A stretch of 61,503 bases of DNA, the filler included, from Choristocarpus tenellus KU-1152 (taxonomy: Eukaryota > Protista > Phaeophyceae), in the NCBI GenBank assembly GCA_964200185.2. It is 10 parts of 10 records of this genome, joined end to end, with 100 filler letters (N's around TTAATTAATTAA, not from the genome) between each part and the next. Parts side by side here need not be neighbours in the genome. Positions count along the whole stretch, not along the records: positions 1 to 15,102 come from CAXNAD020001059.1; 9 more parts are not named here. One strand, 5' to 3'. Positions 1 through 13,104 of this stretch are shown here, piece after piece (the stretch's first letter is position 1; every line of letters starts with the position of its first letter). The notes beneath the pieces are model-generated. The model saw only the letters and a program-made list of their open reading frames with translations, was not told the origin of the DNA and did not search any database. The position numbers and the translations under genes are program-made.

Positions 1-399
1 CAGGAAGAAAGGCACTTTTCGCGAGAAATTATTTATGCGCGCGCCAACCTCGCGTTAATATCTCTGGGATTTTGTGCCAAATGGCCCGAACACGAGAATT
101 CCGGTACAAAAGCCTAGTTTTTTCAGCATGTCGAAAAAACGGTACAGAATTGAATATTTTTCGATTTGGCACAAAATCGGGGTAGGTACTGTAATTACCA
201 TCAATTAAGTATGTCCTACTACCACCTTCGGCATGGATTCCCATTCAGAAAGGGGCCCTTAAAAAGGCCGCAACATTTACAAAAAGAAAAATATGGGCAC
301 TTTCCGCGCACCATTTCGGGAAAAAAACATACTCCATGAAATGATCCATCCGCCATTATCTCGATCCGCTGTTACTAGTACCTTTAGGGAAGAGACGTA

Positions 400-990
400 A
401 CACATCCTCTCTGGGCAAGAGTTGTTCTTGGGTGGGAACACTAGTTGGGCTTGGTCTTGTGTTAGGGTTGTGAAGGTCCTAGAAGGCATGATAAACATCC
501 AACTGTAGTAAGGTAAAGCTGTTCCTTTCTTCTGTTTTGTTACCTAGTCTGACAACTATACATCTTAGAAGTTTCCTTTGTACTACAATGCCATTTGCTG
601 AGGTCTGACAAGGGTGCATTGTTACTGTTCGATCTTGGTGTTGGAGTATTGACAAAAGGTACCCATGGTGGCAATAGTAATGGTTGGGAGCATTGACCTT
701 CTCTAAATGACAGTTCACTCTAGTGTTGTTTACAAAATGTTGCTCCTAAAAAAAATTTCGTATGGTGGCCCCACCATTATCCTAAAAGTCATGTTGCGCA
801 CTTTTTCCTCAGGGGAAGAAACTATTTGAAGTTTGCATGACCTCAGTACCAGCACTGGCAGAATATTGCTCCCTCTAGGCTTTGCTGCATTTAAGGTACC
901 TTTGCCTGCCATGTTGAGCTGTGGTAAGCAATTTTCACAAAAACAGATGAGACCTGCACCCGTGTCAAGGAGTACCTGGACAAGCATTCT
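400..990 (-). pseudogene. Degenerate Ty3/gypsy LTR-retrotransposon pol fragment (aspartic protease and downstream spacer)
   Basis: Minus ORF 730..987 has VQVLLDTGAG (retropepsin D-T-G motif) and a decayed distal motif (F.IM...PYEIFF.SNIL). Downstream AQLVFPPKNN...RMC resembles the start of RT. Stops and frameshifts throughout; boundaries approximate. Confidence 0.7.
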
Positions 991-1404
991 CGAGCGGACT
1001 CTGCATGGATGACATATGAGGGCATACTTTGATACTTGACGAGTACAATGGTCGGTGTCATGGCGAACATTATCGAGGTGGGAATGAAAGTCTTATGTCT
1101 ATACTTGTAATGACATGGATCGCTGGGACTTCAGACTCCATGGCGCAACTTCAAGACGACTCTGCAGCGTCCGAAATGGTTGGGCTTCTCGCAGATAGTG
1201 GAGTGAGTTTCGAGCCTTGCATCGCTGCTACGTACTGGAGACATGTATCTATTAAGGATACTATCATACACGACACTGTGCAGTAGATTGAGTACCAGGA
1301 GATCCTTGGTGGGTTCCCGAAAAGGTATGAGAGGATTCCTCCGGGAGCTAACGAGTCGCCTTATGTATACCTGCACTCATCAGTTACAGACGTGAAGCAG
1401 TCTT

Positions 1405-1664
1405 GAGCCAAAGTATCTTAGAGGATAGCGCCGCGTCCATTTGGGGGCCAAAATCCAATGTTGCGATTTTGTTGTAATTTTGGCTATCGTGTCTGTCAAG
1501 AAGTGTCAATATCCTTGTTCCAGCCACACCTTTTCATAACGCACACATTTTACCTACTCCGACACATTTTGGAGTTGGAAAATGTCATTAAAATTACTCA
1601 TGGAAAGCCAAGCCCTAAATGGACAAACAGGGTAAAACTCGTACCCTCTAAGATACTTTCACTC
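1405..1664 (+). mobile_element. MITE family A copy 1 (260 bp, Sola2-like)
   Basis: TIRs GAGCCAAAGTATCTTAGAGGATA / TACCCTCTAAGATACTTTCACTC; flanked by a TCTT direct repeat on both sides. Confidence 0.92.
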
Positions 1665-3254
1665 TCTTGACCACAGGCATGATGAAAGCAAACTCGGTTT
1701 ACCTTTAGCCATACGTCGACTTTGTCTTGTGGAGGTAGATGATGGGTGTAAGCCTATGCTCAAATCGTGCCGACTCCTATCGTTCACCCTGTCTGTGGCT
1801 GAAGCAGGTGGGGATCAAAGCACAGGCTGGGGAACGGATGTGACTGGTCGAACAGGTATTGATGCCTTGCTTTTTAGGAACGAACGAGGTAATATTTTTG
1901 CTGGGAACGGAAGAGGGTTTGGTATTTAAGGCTGCACAGACAGCGGCAAGGAGTTTTGGGTTAAAACAAGTTGAAGCATCGGTGCAAGGACTGCCAGTAC
2001 ACGGTTGACAACCTCTCTGTATAAAAGTGAAGTTTGGCTTGATACTTAGTCGTGCACGGAAGTCCTGTTGTGGCGATGTAGTCCCTGTTTCTGCCTGACA
2101 TATCTGAACCTGGGTCGTTGGTGATTGTATCCTGACTGGGTTAGGGCCAGCCTATGGACACTTTAAAGCTTCACAATATGTGGATGCCTGTCTAAATTGA
2201 TCAAATCTGTCACAACAGGTATGAACAGGGAGATAGGATATTAAATTACCACATTTATATTATTATATGTTTTTAGGATAAATTGGACCTCATCTTGACC
2301 GGACCAGGAAGTAAGACAAATTGGATGTCCATGGTCAACTATTTCGATATGTCGGACCACAGTCTTGCTGTAGACATTGCCCAGACCCTGGTCATGGTAA
2401 TTGGCCGGACTGATATAAAAATCTGCAACAAAGCAGTCCTTGAGTGATTAATATTCCTAGCTCCAACTCACATTTAAGAATCTTTTCTATTTGCCATTCC
2501 TTAATTATATCTTGCTAAAAACAAGCAATATATGATGATACACACTGCTTAAATAACTAATCCTAGACTGCCACTCCTACTGGTCTAGAGAGAAAGAGCA
2601 GAATTCGAAGACTCGGGAGTTGGTCAGACCCCGCCTTCACCACCAGCCCTGTCTCCCCAGCTTGATTTAGGTGCATGACACGCCTTGGTCTCAATACTTG
2701 TGTTAGTAATTGTGTTGTGTCTGATGAACACAAAAATAACAGCCTGGCGCTGATGAATCCTGCTATACAACCAGTGGAAGTAGACTTAATCTTTGTGGAA
2801 GAATATCAAACTGTGCTCAAAATACTCTCCGGTGTCACTTCCCTCTGCTAAGACCATTTGCCACTACTGAACACTGTGTACATAATAATACCATAAATAC
2901 ATGTGGCTCATCAATAGGATGGTGCTACAGAGTACTGCGGTAAAATTTACAACTCAAAAAATGTCCGTGGGCAGCTATAAAAAATGCTACACAACATTAC
3001 GCCCTCCACAGTAGTGTACGCACAGGATTGAACAGCTTGTCTCTGACATTACCTACGTATGTATTTACACTGTATTGTTTCCCTCCAAACACATCACCTC
3101 TCCGTGGTGCTCTCTACACTAGATGACTGTTTCCATGCCATCAAGTTCTTCGAGCCATGCCATGGGTATTCAGTTCCAAGACTCAAGGCCCCTCCAGTCC
3201 TTGGTGTGAGGCAACATATCAGTGCAGGGATGGCGGGCATTGCTGGGAACACAA

Positions 3255-4700
3255 GAGAGTAAAGTTGTTTTCCGGCCACTGGGGGAAAGTGTTGAGGAGA
3301 GGTGGTAGAAGCAGAGTGACCTAGAGGATAACCTTGGGTGGTGAAGAGACCGTTTTGGAGGAGGGGAGAGCAACCAACAGTGGAATCCTCAAAGAGCCCC
3401 CCACGCCTCCTGGGGAAGAATCTAGGTGTGTGGACCTTCAAGGTGAGACAAAGTGCTCTAGTTGCTGGAGAGTGGGGGAGACGGGGTGGAGGGCAGTGTA
3501 ACTTTCAGGAGAAGGACAAAAGGGCTGTCCTACACACATCAAGTGTAGTGACAGCAACAATGGAGGAGGAGGAGGAGCCACCAAAAGCGCAGAAGACCTG
3601 TTGAGCAATGGAAGTAGACTAAGGAGCAGGGCGCAGGGTACACTCAACTGCGGCTTGTATCAGCTGAGTATCCTGTGCATGTGAGTGGTACTGGTAATTG
3701 GGTAGACTGGTGTTGCAGGATATTGATTAGATTAGCATTCTGAGAGAAGGCATGATAGGTCTGGATATCCTTTGTTTACTGTACTATTTTTCACAGAGTG
3801 AGTGCATTTTGAAGCTAGACTTCTTAAACAAGATGTATGGTGCACGTTGATGTGTTTGACTTGATATCTAGATGCGAGATAGGTAGTAGCAAGAACCAGT
3901 CGCCGTAGAATACTCATGCACAACTCCTCCACTCCCTGTCCTATGGCCCTTACCTATGCCCTTGACGGTTGTTTATGAATATGATGCAGGCTACACTCTT
4001 GCCAGCGGTTGGGAGCGAAGTTGCCAACAAGGTACAGGAGAGAAGAGATGCTTCCTCCTTGCCACCATCTCTGTGCAAGGACTTCATAATAATGACCTGG
4101 AGGATGATGAGGGTGTGTGGGAGTTCCACGGTTCTACATCCTTCACGAAGATCCCCTTCATGTCCCCACCAGTTCCCTTATTTGTGGGTTTGGAAACACT
4201 GGCGCACATAGGTTTGTAGTGCATCACTATGATATGCGTTGGTGGGAAGTGGATTGAGGAAATTCAGATCTCGGAGATGGTTTTGTTGCTGTGAGTTATG
4301 ATATCCATCTTTGAGCTGGAGAAGGATAAGGTGCATCCGTGCTTCCACATTTGCTTCTTTTTCTGATCCCATCTAGGTATCCTTCCTACCCATCCTGATC
4401 TCTCTGATTGTACTAAAGTATACAATTTTCTTGTGTCCAATGCCGGCTGTACCATTCCCCATACCCCCTTCTTCCCCTCTGAGGCACCAGGTCCTGGCAA
4501 CCTGGAACAATGACTCCACAGAGACTCTTGGAGAGGCTCAAGATACCGTTGTTGATGCATTGGTGGATGGGGATGGCGTTGGATTTGGGTTCAGCCTGAA
4601 ATTTCAGCTGCGTTGTCTGAGGTAAAGAATGAGCTTTCTCAAGCTCACTACCTCCTTGAAGGTCGATTGCGATTATTCCATCTCCAGTGCGTCAAGGCCA
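3255..4700 (+). pseudogene. Left arm of a large decayed palindrome: degenerate spliced gene of unknown function
   Basis: Aligns by eye to the reverse complement of 4702-6125. Intron-like GTGAGT(3681)..TTTTTCACAG(3796); exon-like 4491-4621 VLATWNNDSTETLGEAQDTVVDALVDGDG. Confidence 0.6.
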
Positions 4701-4701
4701 A

Positions 4702-6125
4702 TGGCCTTACAGCTGGGTCCCCATAGCTGTGTTTGATCAAACATTTTACGATGGACCTCTTAATCAATGCAGTAGGTTTCAGGATGAACCCAAATGCATT
4801 CCCATCTCCATCCAACAGAGCATCAACAACGGCATCTCCAGGCTCACTGATGATCCTGTGGAGTCATTATTCCAGGGGGCCAGGGCCTGGTATCTATCAG
4901 AAGAAGGGAAGAGCAAGGGCAGGGTCTGCATTGGAAACGAGAAGGATACTCAAGAGTACACATAGAGAGGATGAGATGGGGAAGCAAGATCCATTGGGGG
5001 AAAAGCAAAAGAAGCAAACGTGCAAACAGAGTTAAACCTAGTACTTCTCCAGTCCATTGATGGAAGTATCATAACTCACACCAACAAAATCATCCCCAAG
5101 ATCTGAAATTCCTCAACCACCTATCATCAAACATATCATATAGTGATGCACTACAAACCTACGTGCATCAGTGCTTCCAAATCCACAAAAGAAGGGAAAT
5201 GGTGGGGACATGAAGGGGATCTTGTTGTAGGATGTAGGACAGGGGAACTCCAGCACACCCTCATCATCCTCCAGGTCATTAATGTGAAGGCCTTTTACAG
5301 TTCTGGTGGCACAGGGGAAAGCATCTCTTCTCCCCTGCACCTTGTTGGCGACTTGGCTCCCCACTGCTGGCAAGAGTGTACCTGTATCATATTCATAAAC
5401 AACGAGCAAGGGCAAAAGCATGGGCAAGGGGCAAAAGACAGCGAGTGGAGGAGTTGTGCATGAGTGTTTTACTGTGACTGGTTCTTGCTATTACGTATCT
5501 CACATCTGGATATCAAGTCAAACACACCAACATGCACCATACATCTTTGTTTAAGAAGTCTAGTTTCAAAATGCACTCACTCTGTGAAAAAATAGTACAG
5601 TAAAGAAAGGGTGGTCAGGGTCCCCTCTTGCCTTGCCTCAGAAGGCCAATCTGCATAGCATACCAAAATACCAGTCCACCCAATTTCTGGTACCACTCAC
5701 CTGTGCAGGATTATACTCAACTGGCACAAGCCGCAGCCGAGTGTACCCTGCCTCCTACTCATCCGTTGACTTCCACACCTTAACATAGTCTTCTGTGCTG
5801 CTGAGGGCTGCTCCTCCAACACCATTGTTACTGTCACCCCACTTGCAGCTGCACAGGACAGCCCTATCATCCTTCTCTCAGAATACGCACTGTCCTCCAC
5901 CCCATCACCAGCACTCTCTAGTAACTTGTCTTGCCTCAAAGGTACACTCAACTGGATCTGTTCCCAGGAGACTTGGAGAGCTCTTCAAGGCTTCCACCGT
6001 TGAATGCTCCTCCTGCCTCCAAAAAGGTCTCTTCACCACCATAAGAAGGCTATTACCTTGTCCACTCACACCAACTATCCTCAACGCTTCTTCCAGTAAC
6101 TGGAGAACAGTATTGCTATCCCTCG
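4702..6125 (-). pseudogene. Right arm of the same palindrome: second degenerate copy of the spliced gene
   Basis: Shares peptides VVKRPFWR, TLLPAVGS.VANKVQ.RRDA, GLH.NDLEDDEG and WNNDST with the left arm; matching intron at 5582-5700. Confidence 0.6.
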
Positions 6126-6985
6126 GGGGTATTTGGCGTGCTTTGCACTTCCTGAGACCAATGCTTGTCAACAACAGTCCGACACTGTTTGCCCCTCTGT
6201 TCCCATTCGTTGTTCCCAGTGCAATGAGGTGTGTCTCAACCTACGACTGACGGGAGTTGTAGGCAATGGTTCCAACGAAACCTGCTTCTGCAACGTACTT
6301 CCTTCTGGTCAAAATGGACAATTGGAGGGTGTTGATCAGGGTCTATGTGGGTGCATGGGTGTTTTGACTTCCCTTCATCGGACCTTCTGACGTCTGAAAA
6401 ACTTCAATGACGGGAGCTAGGGCTGTATCCACACTCTAGCCAACATCTTCAGGGTGACTAGGATGGGAATGCGGTCTTCTGCGCTTCATTAGTGGTGCCA
6501 TGTTCCTACTCTGATTTTGGGATGTGTGGCGAAAGTGCTCTTTCTTTACACAGCTGGGTGTTCCTGCCGACACCCGCTTGGTGCCTTGTGTACTTGGCTT
6601 CAGCGCCTCACATCTCAATCGATATTGGTTACTTTAGGCTTTCTAGAGAATTGCACTCGCCCAGTCAGATGAAGGCGTTCCGACAATCCTGTTGAGTGAT
6701 AATCCTGTCAAGCACTCCCGTGTCTCACTTGTGACAACCATAACGGACTACTGTGGACCTTTGGTGACCAGGATGGGGTAATGCAGGTCTCCCACACTTA
6801 AAACACTGTACGTGGATAGTAGAGGATGTTTCTACCGACAAGGAAAGAAGAGGGCAAGTTCCGCTTGTTAGTCGGAACTGTACTCCAGCAGGTCCAGGCG
6901 GGAGAGGAATAGCTCTTGGGTGCTTGGGCAGACCGCCGAGGGTTGTGCTGATGTAAGAGAAGAGAAGATCCGTCAGTTAACAACT

Positions 6986-7250
6986 ATGCTCCGGAAGCAC
7001 CAAGGTAAAGGCGCTGGAAGGAGGTCTGCCTAGGGGGGGGGAGAGGAAGAGAAGCTCCACCAGCTAGCAGCCACAGTTCTCCAGCAGCATCAAGAGCAAA
7101 TGGATAGAGATGGGCTGTGTCTGGGTAGCAGGACGGTGGGCTGTGCATAGGGGGTCTATTCCTGCCTGTGCAGAAACTAATGGCCTAGCTAAATGTGCAT
7201 GTGTAACTGTGGGATCTGGTGCGAAGTTCAAATTGGCTAACAGGGGATTC
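6986..7250 (+). repeat. Diverged dispersed repeat, copy 1
   Basis: Colinear similarity to 14199-14450 (agctagcagc..tccagcagcat..ggtgggctgtg..atgtgtaactgtg..aattgg). Confidence 0.7.
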
Positions 7251-7619
7251 TAAGCTAATCAAAGCACTGTAATGCTCAGGGGAGAGATCCCTTTTCTGAA
7301 GCAGCCCTCACTGTCCTTAGGGAACTCCAATTTTCATACTTTTTTCACTTCTTTGAACGCATTTTGGAAACCTAACCCTAACCCTACCTTGTGTTTGAAG
7401 AATGTCAGGGTTGCCACTGATGTGCAGCAGCTCTTTCGTGTCAGAGACAATCTATCTGCTTTCCACCCAGATGATTATGTATTGCAACAAATGCAATAAT
7501 AGAACCTGATGAACAACTGATGGCTAAATCCACTTAAACAATTTATGCTTTTGTATGTGTCCCTACGATTGTTGCTTTCATCACCACAATTCCCTTGGCT
7601 GCTGCCACCACCAACATCT

Positions 7620-8360
7620 CATCAGCATGACCACAATGTAAGCAAGGGGAGCAGTGGTTGGGTATATGGCAGTCATATTGATGGTGGCAGCATCATTGAC
7701 ACTAGCACTGGCCATAGAAATAGCGTCAATAGTGGTAGTTGCAGCAGTGAAGGTAGTGGTGATGGCAGCAGTCAAGGGAATGTTGATGATGAAAGCTATA
7801 ATAATAGGGATTATTGAAAAAGCACAATGCAAGTGGAATGGGCCATCAAGTCTCTTCCGAGAGAGATCGTAGCATCTACTGCTGTGGTTGGACATCTGGG
7901 CAAGAAGCAGTCACATTAATGCCCCTACAGGGAGAGCTGCTGGACATCAATGGTAATCATGATTGGTTTCCTCATGCATTATATGATACCCAAACATACT
8001 CGGTCAGTATGGATATAGTATGCGGAGGAGACCAACTATGGTTGTTATTGATTTGCAGCAGCACTCCCTGTAGGGGAGACATCGATACGACTGCTTCTTG
8101 CCCAGAAGCTCACCCACAGCAATAGATGTTACCTTCTGACTTGGTAAAGACCTGATGGTCCATTCTATCTACAATATTTGTGCATCTCCAACCATCCCTA
8201 CTATTTGTTCCTACTACATTTGCTTTCATCACCAGTGTTCCATTGGCTACTGCCACCACTACTGCCAACATGACCAGTGCTAGTGCTACTGATACTGTCA
8301 CTTTCACAATTCCTGTCATGTGCCTTTTCCTCACTAACATCATGGTCATGCTGATGCCAT
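7620..8360. repeat. Second decayed palindrome (~370-bp arms, centre ~8003)
   Basis: catcagcatgacca at 7620 versus tggtcatgctgatg at ~8343; tctgggcaagaagcagtc (~7895) versus gactgcttcttgcccaga (~8089); central CATACT-cggtc-AGTATG hairpin. Confidence 0.85.
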
Positions 8361-8682
8361 CCGCAACAATCGATGTTGCCGTCTGACTTGGCAAAGGATT
8401 TGCTCTGTGGAATAGGGTCCTGTTGTAATTAGGCTATCGCCTTGGTTTTCTGGTTTTAGCCCACCATGTTTTCATGATTTTGGATATCCTAGAAGAGGTA
8501 GATGCCCAGGTGCGTGTTCAAGTTAGTGTCGGATAAGGTGAGCATACATTGAACCGGTGGCCAGATGGGCATAATCTTCAGCTTATACCTAGGACAACTC
8601 AATGCTATAATAGAATTGGATTAGGCAACATCACCATGCCTTGTGAGATTTTTCCAGTCTGCCCAAACTGTCAAAGCCTCTG

Positions 8683-8937
8683 GAGTGAAAGTATCTTAGA
8701 GGGTACGAAATTTGCTCTGTTTGTCCATTTGGGGCTTGGCTTTCCACAGATTTTTTAATGACATTTTCCTACTCCGAACTGTTTTGAAGTGAAATGTGTA
8801 TGTTATGAAAAGGTGTGTTCGGAACAAGGATATTGATACTTCCTGACAAACACAAGAGCCCAATTTGCATCAAAATCGCAACTTTGGATTTTGACCCCCA
8901 AACGGACGCGGCTCTACCCTCAAAGATACTTTGGCTC
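8683..8937 (-). mobile_element. MITE family A copy 2
   Basis: Same TIRs in reverse orientation; TSD TCTG/TCTG. Confidence 0.92.
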
Positions 8938-9109
8938 TCTGATGTCCTGTGTTTTTACCCCTTTGGTTTCCACCTTTCAAACCCAAATTCTAATTCTCAA
9001 GACAGGTTATTTTTACCTCAATTTTTTTCTTTCCTCTTTCGCTAGAACACCCATGCAGTCTTAACATGTACAGTTCACTAGTCATGGTGCCTACAAAAGT
9101 GCATGAGTT

Positions 9110-9368
9110 GAGTGAAAGTATCCTAGAGGGTACAAGTTTTTCCCTGTTTGTCCATTTGGGGCTTGGCTTCCCACAGATTTTTAACGATATTTTACCTACT
9201 CCAAAATTTGGAGTAGGTAAAATGTGTACGTTATGAAAAGGAGTGTCCAGAGCAAGGATATTGACATCTCCTAACAAACATTACTGCCAATAATAGTACA
9301 TAACAATTGTAACATTGGATTTTGGTCCCCAAATGGACACGGCTCTAACCTCTAAGATACTTTGATAC
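9110..9368 (-). mobile_element. MITE family A copy 3
   Basis: Reverse orientation; TSD AGTT/AGTT. Confidence 0.9.
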
Positions 9369-12300
9369 AGTTGTACTATAGAACATCAATTGCACTGCTG
9401 ATATCCATAGTCAGCTGACCCCACCCTATGAAGGGCTTGCTGGATCCATTCTCTTCCCTGGGGTTGGTCAACTTTGGTTTACAATATCCCAGACCTTAAC
9501 CATGTCCCCGCTATGACCTCACCTTCATCATTCTGAAATATCTACCACTGACCATTACATTGTGTGGTGGCAATGGAGTGAGGCTTGAGAGTTAGACCTA
9601 ATTTAATTATATTCTTTGAGGTATACTTACAATACAAAGGGAAAAAGGGTCGGTGAGAACAGATACCAAGTTCATAAATTTCTGGAAAAAAACATAAAGG
9701 AAATATTCCTCTCAAAGGATATAAAAGGAGCTGCGTTCTTCTCGGAGCCGTTCCTACTCGTTATTGTTAAGACTCTTTTGAGTAATATTTACCAACCTAG
9801 AGCAGGATTTACACTACAATCTTATTCTAAAATCAGGCTTTTTTTTCAATCTTACCTAACGAGACAGTTTATTATTTTTCTGCTTTTTTATGTCCAGAAT
9901 ACCTGGTCTGTACACTACTGTACATTTCTTGTACCCACTAAATTGCAGTTTCCAGATATTTCCATTTTGGGGTAAAAAATACTTTGCCTATCAAAGGCAA
10001 TTCTATTCTGGATATCCAATTTCATAGCCAGGCCATTGACCTGTAATTTCACCTTCCCTGATCTTCATGATTCTGATTCTTCTCAAATAACTCACAACCA
10101 ATTATCAAGAAAAATACAAAACATTACAACACTTACACTGCAATCCATCTGTCATTTAATACACCAGACCAAGACCATAATCTAGTTTGCATGCACGTAA
10201 ATGTAAGCACACATTCAATCGGAAAATACCCCTCATCTTCAACATCAGCAAGTAACGCCGTGTTAGAAGAAAGAGAGGAGGAAATAACACCACCACCAGT
10301 TCACACCAGGCATCAAACTCACCAGGCGCAAGGCAAATCCCAGGTTCATCTACAACCTTCATCCAAACAGTTTGTCCATGGTGAGTGTCCATAAAGTCGG
10401 CGATGAACAACATCGCTGAAGGCACCATTGAGACCCAGCTGGCAGAAGAAAAGAAAAATGGTGAGTAAAACCATATAGATCCAACTCCTCATCTTGGCTG
10501 ATAAGGCAAGACCTGAGCTCACAAAGAAGAGTGGTCAACCATTCAATGTTGTGTTGTAGGTGATTGGGGCAAGGAAAGTGGTGAAGGGTAAGAGACATCA
10601 TGCGAGGCTTCTTGGGCTGTGGGTGAAGTAAGGAATGCCTGAGGGCGTTCCTTCTCACAGGTATCCAGGTACATCTCGATTTTTTCATGCACCCACAAGG
10701 TGCTACTTGGAAAACGGTCTGCGTTACCGAAGGTATTCAATACTCTGGATGACTGAAAGAGGGACTATACCTCCTACCGTTGAGAACCTCTTTCCTATCC
10801 CACATCCACATCATGGCAAGGTCTGTGGATTTCTCCGATCATCGTTCTCCACACCATAATGATTCGACGGCAACAATGGCAGCAAGGCGCTTACAGCAAG
10901 CCAAGTCCCTGTCGGTTGAAGTATTCTTTACGTCACTGCTGACGTGCCTACAGTGGTCGTCCTTCAAAGGAAAACCCCGACCAGATTGCCGTCGTTACCA
11001 ATGAAGGTCATACACAAGTACATCTGGACGATGACGGGTAAGTCTGGATGCCTGTCACGCCTGTGACTCCAACAACGTTGCATTCGGAGGCAAGAAGCCC
11101 ACATGCGATTTCCGCCCCTATCCTACAAACACAGAGATCCAATCCGCTACCCATATAGGCTAGGGCCTAGACATGTTCCTGCCGCTAACGCGACAGGGCT
11201 CACCTTCTATCTTGTGCTGATGAAGACTCCGGACTGACTATCAACCAGATATGAGAAGATATCCGTCCTTCCGATTCTCTGCCCCTCCAGATTTCAAGCT
11301 CCGCCGAACCACCACTTTATATTGTAAGCAGAGACAAGACTTGTTTTAGGCGTGGGGGGGAGCAGCAGATTGGTTTGCTGCTTTGGATGCAGACGTGTGC
11401 TGAAATCATTTTTTCAACTTTTGCATCAGAAACCATTTATCTCGAAGAAAAAAAACGACTTTTACATCAATAGTGTACCTCGAAACTATTGCTGTTTGAA
11501 CGAGGCTGGGCATGAGGAGAGACGGGAAGAGAACACCACAGGCCTGTCTGTTTTTCTTGGCCAACATATCCCACTATCTCTTCCATTCTAGGTAGAATGC
11601 AATTACAGTTGACATTTTCCAAAATTCGAATAGCAACAATATCCAAGTGTGCACTATATCAACGATCCCAAAAGAACTGAGGGTTGCTAGCTGGAGGAAA
11701 CTCCTGCTACTACAGATTGTTGGAGTCACCTCACCCTCTGCTTCCAGTCTCAACCGTTGCAATATGTGGTCATTGCAGCTTCGTAAAAGCGAGAGAGATC
11801 GACCTACCACAGAGCAAACAAAGCAACGGCATACCAGGGAAGAGACAGGGCGGGTTGTTATAAAGCTGTCAGTGGCCAGTCGGCATATAGTAACACGGTT
11901 GGCGACGAGATCATTGGAAGAAGGAAGGTGTGGAAGAGGTGTCACTTGCCGTTCGGTCAGACCGGTGGTCGATGTGTCTAGACAATGATCATTAGTCCAT
12001 CCCAGCATCAATCTGGTTGGGAAGGGGGACCAAGAAGGACCTGGCAGTGGGCAGTGCGCGTGCATTCAGGAAGACTTTCCATGGTAGAGATGTGCAGGTC
12101 GCTGCATGAGCATTGGCTTAGCCTGATCTGCGTTGTCCAACCCATGCACTACCCTGATGTCAATAGGATAGTGACCTCCGTGAGCTGTAGAGGGGCAATG
12201 GGGTTCACGTCGCCAGTTGATTTGTCCGATCCACGCGACATTGGATGGCACAAGGCACATTAGAGTGCCGCTAGAACCTAGGATAATAGGACTTACGTAT

Positions 12301-12847
12301 AGTGGGAAAGAAGGAGAGGATCACATTTTGTAGTTGGTATATTAATATATATAGTTGGTATAATAGTGGGAAGGACAATTCTGGCTCAGTTATCGAAGAG
12401 ATCAGATAATATAACGATATTATTATCAAGAGACATGTCAAGGAAAGAACGCAGAGGATTGTGTATGGGTCATTGAAAAAGAAATCATTACTATGTTCGA
12501 AAACTCAAAAGGGGTGTTCAATATATAAACTATTCCTACAAAATAATTATTCTGTACATTACATTAGATGGAGCAGGCTACAGGCAATATGAGTCAAAGC
12601 CCTTCGATTTGTAACCGCCAATAGCTCTAGAACTTTCGATCTCCATTTTTGTCTTCCTCTTTGTGAATAATGTCTGTGTGTGCGTGGGTGTGTCTGCGTG
12701 TGTCAATTATTGACCACCTACTCAACCACTTACAAGTGGCAGTAGCAGTAGTACTCCCTCTTTCTATACAATGACGGATCACTGATTACTAAAGGGGGTG
12801 TGGGGAAATCTTGAATATTTGTGTTATGATAACACTATAGCAGAAAG

Positions 12848-13104
12848 GAGTAAATGCAATTAAGAGGGTACGACTTCTGCCCTTTTTGTACGTTAGGGGC
12901 TTGGCTTTTCATGGCTTTTCTATGCTCTTTTTCGGTTTTCGAAATATTTCGGAGTAGGTAAAATGTGTATGAATTGAAAGGTGTATGTGGACCAAGGATA
13001 TTGACACTTGCTAACAAACACCATAGCCAAAATTCATCAAAATCGAATCATTGGATTTATGACCCCAAACGGACGTCGCCCTACCCATTTAAATACCTTA
13101 TTTC
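12848..13104 (-). mobile_element. MITE family A copy 4 (more diverged)
   Basis: Internal homology (aggatattgacac, gagtaggtaaaatgtgta, ggggcttggc) and decayed TIRs; no TSD recognisable. Confidence 0.8.

Noticed and set aside
1-380. Helitron 3' end (CTAG-T at ~375)
   Set aside because: No convincing GC-rich subterminal hairpin.
1458-1670. Recurrent small ORFs such as GKPSPKWTN...LVPSKILSL
   Set aside because: They are translations of the non-coding MITE; frame and stops differ between copies.
7581-8394. Hydrophobic membrane-protein-like ORFs
   Set aside because: Products of low-complexity GCA/GTG/ATG-rich palindrome arms; frames are not conserved between the arms.
9400-12300. Coding-like relics including an RPDVLV peptide
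   Set aside because: Fragmented in all frames; there are not enough motifs to assign a family.
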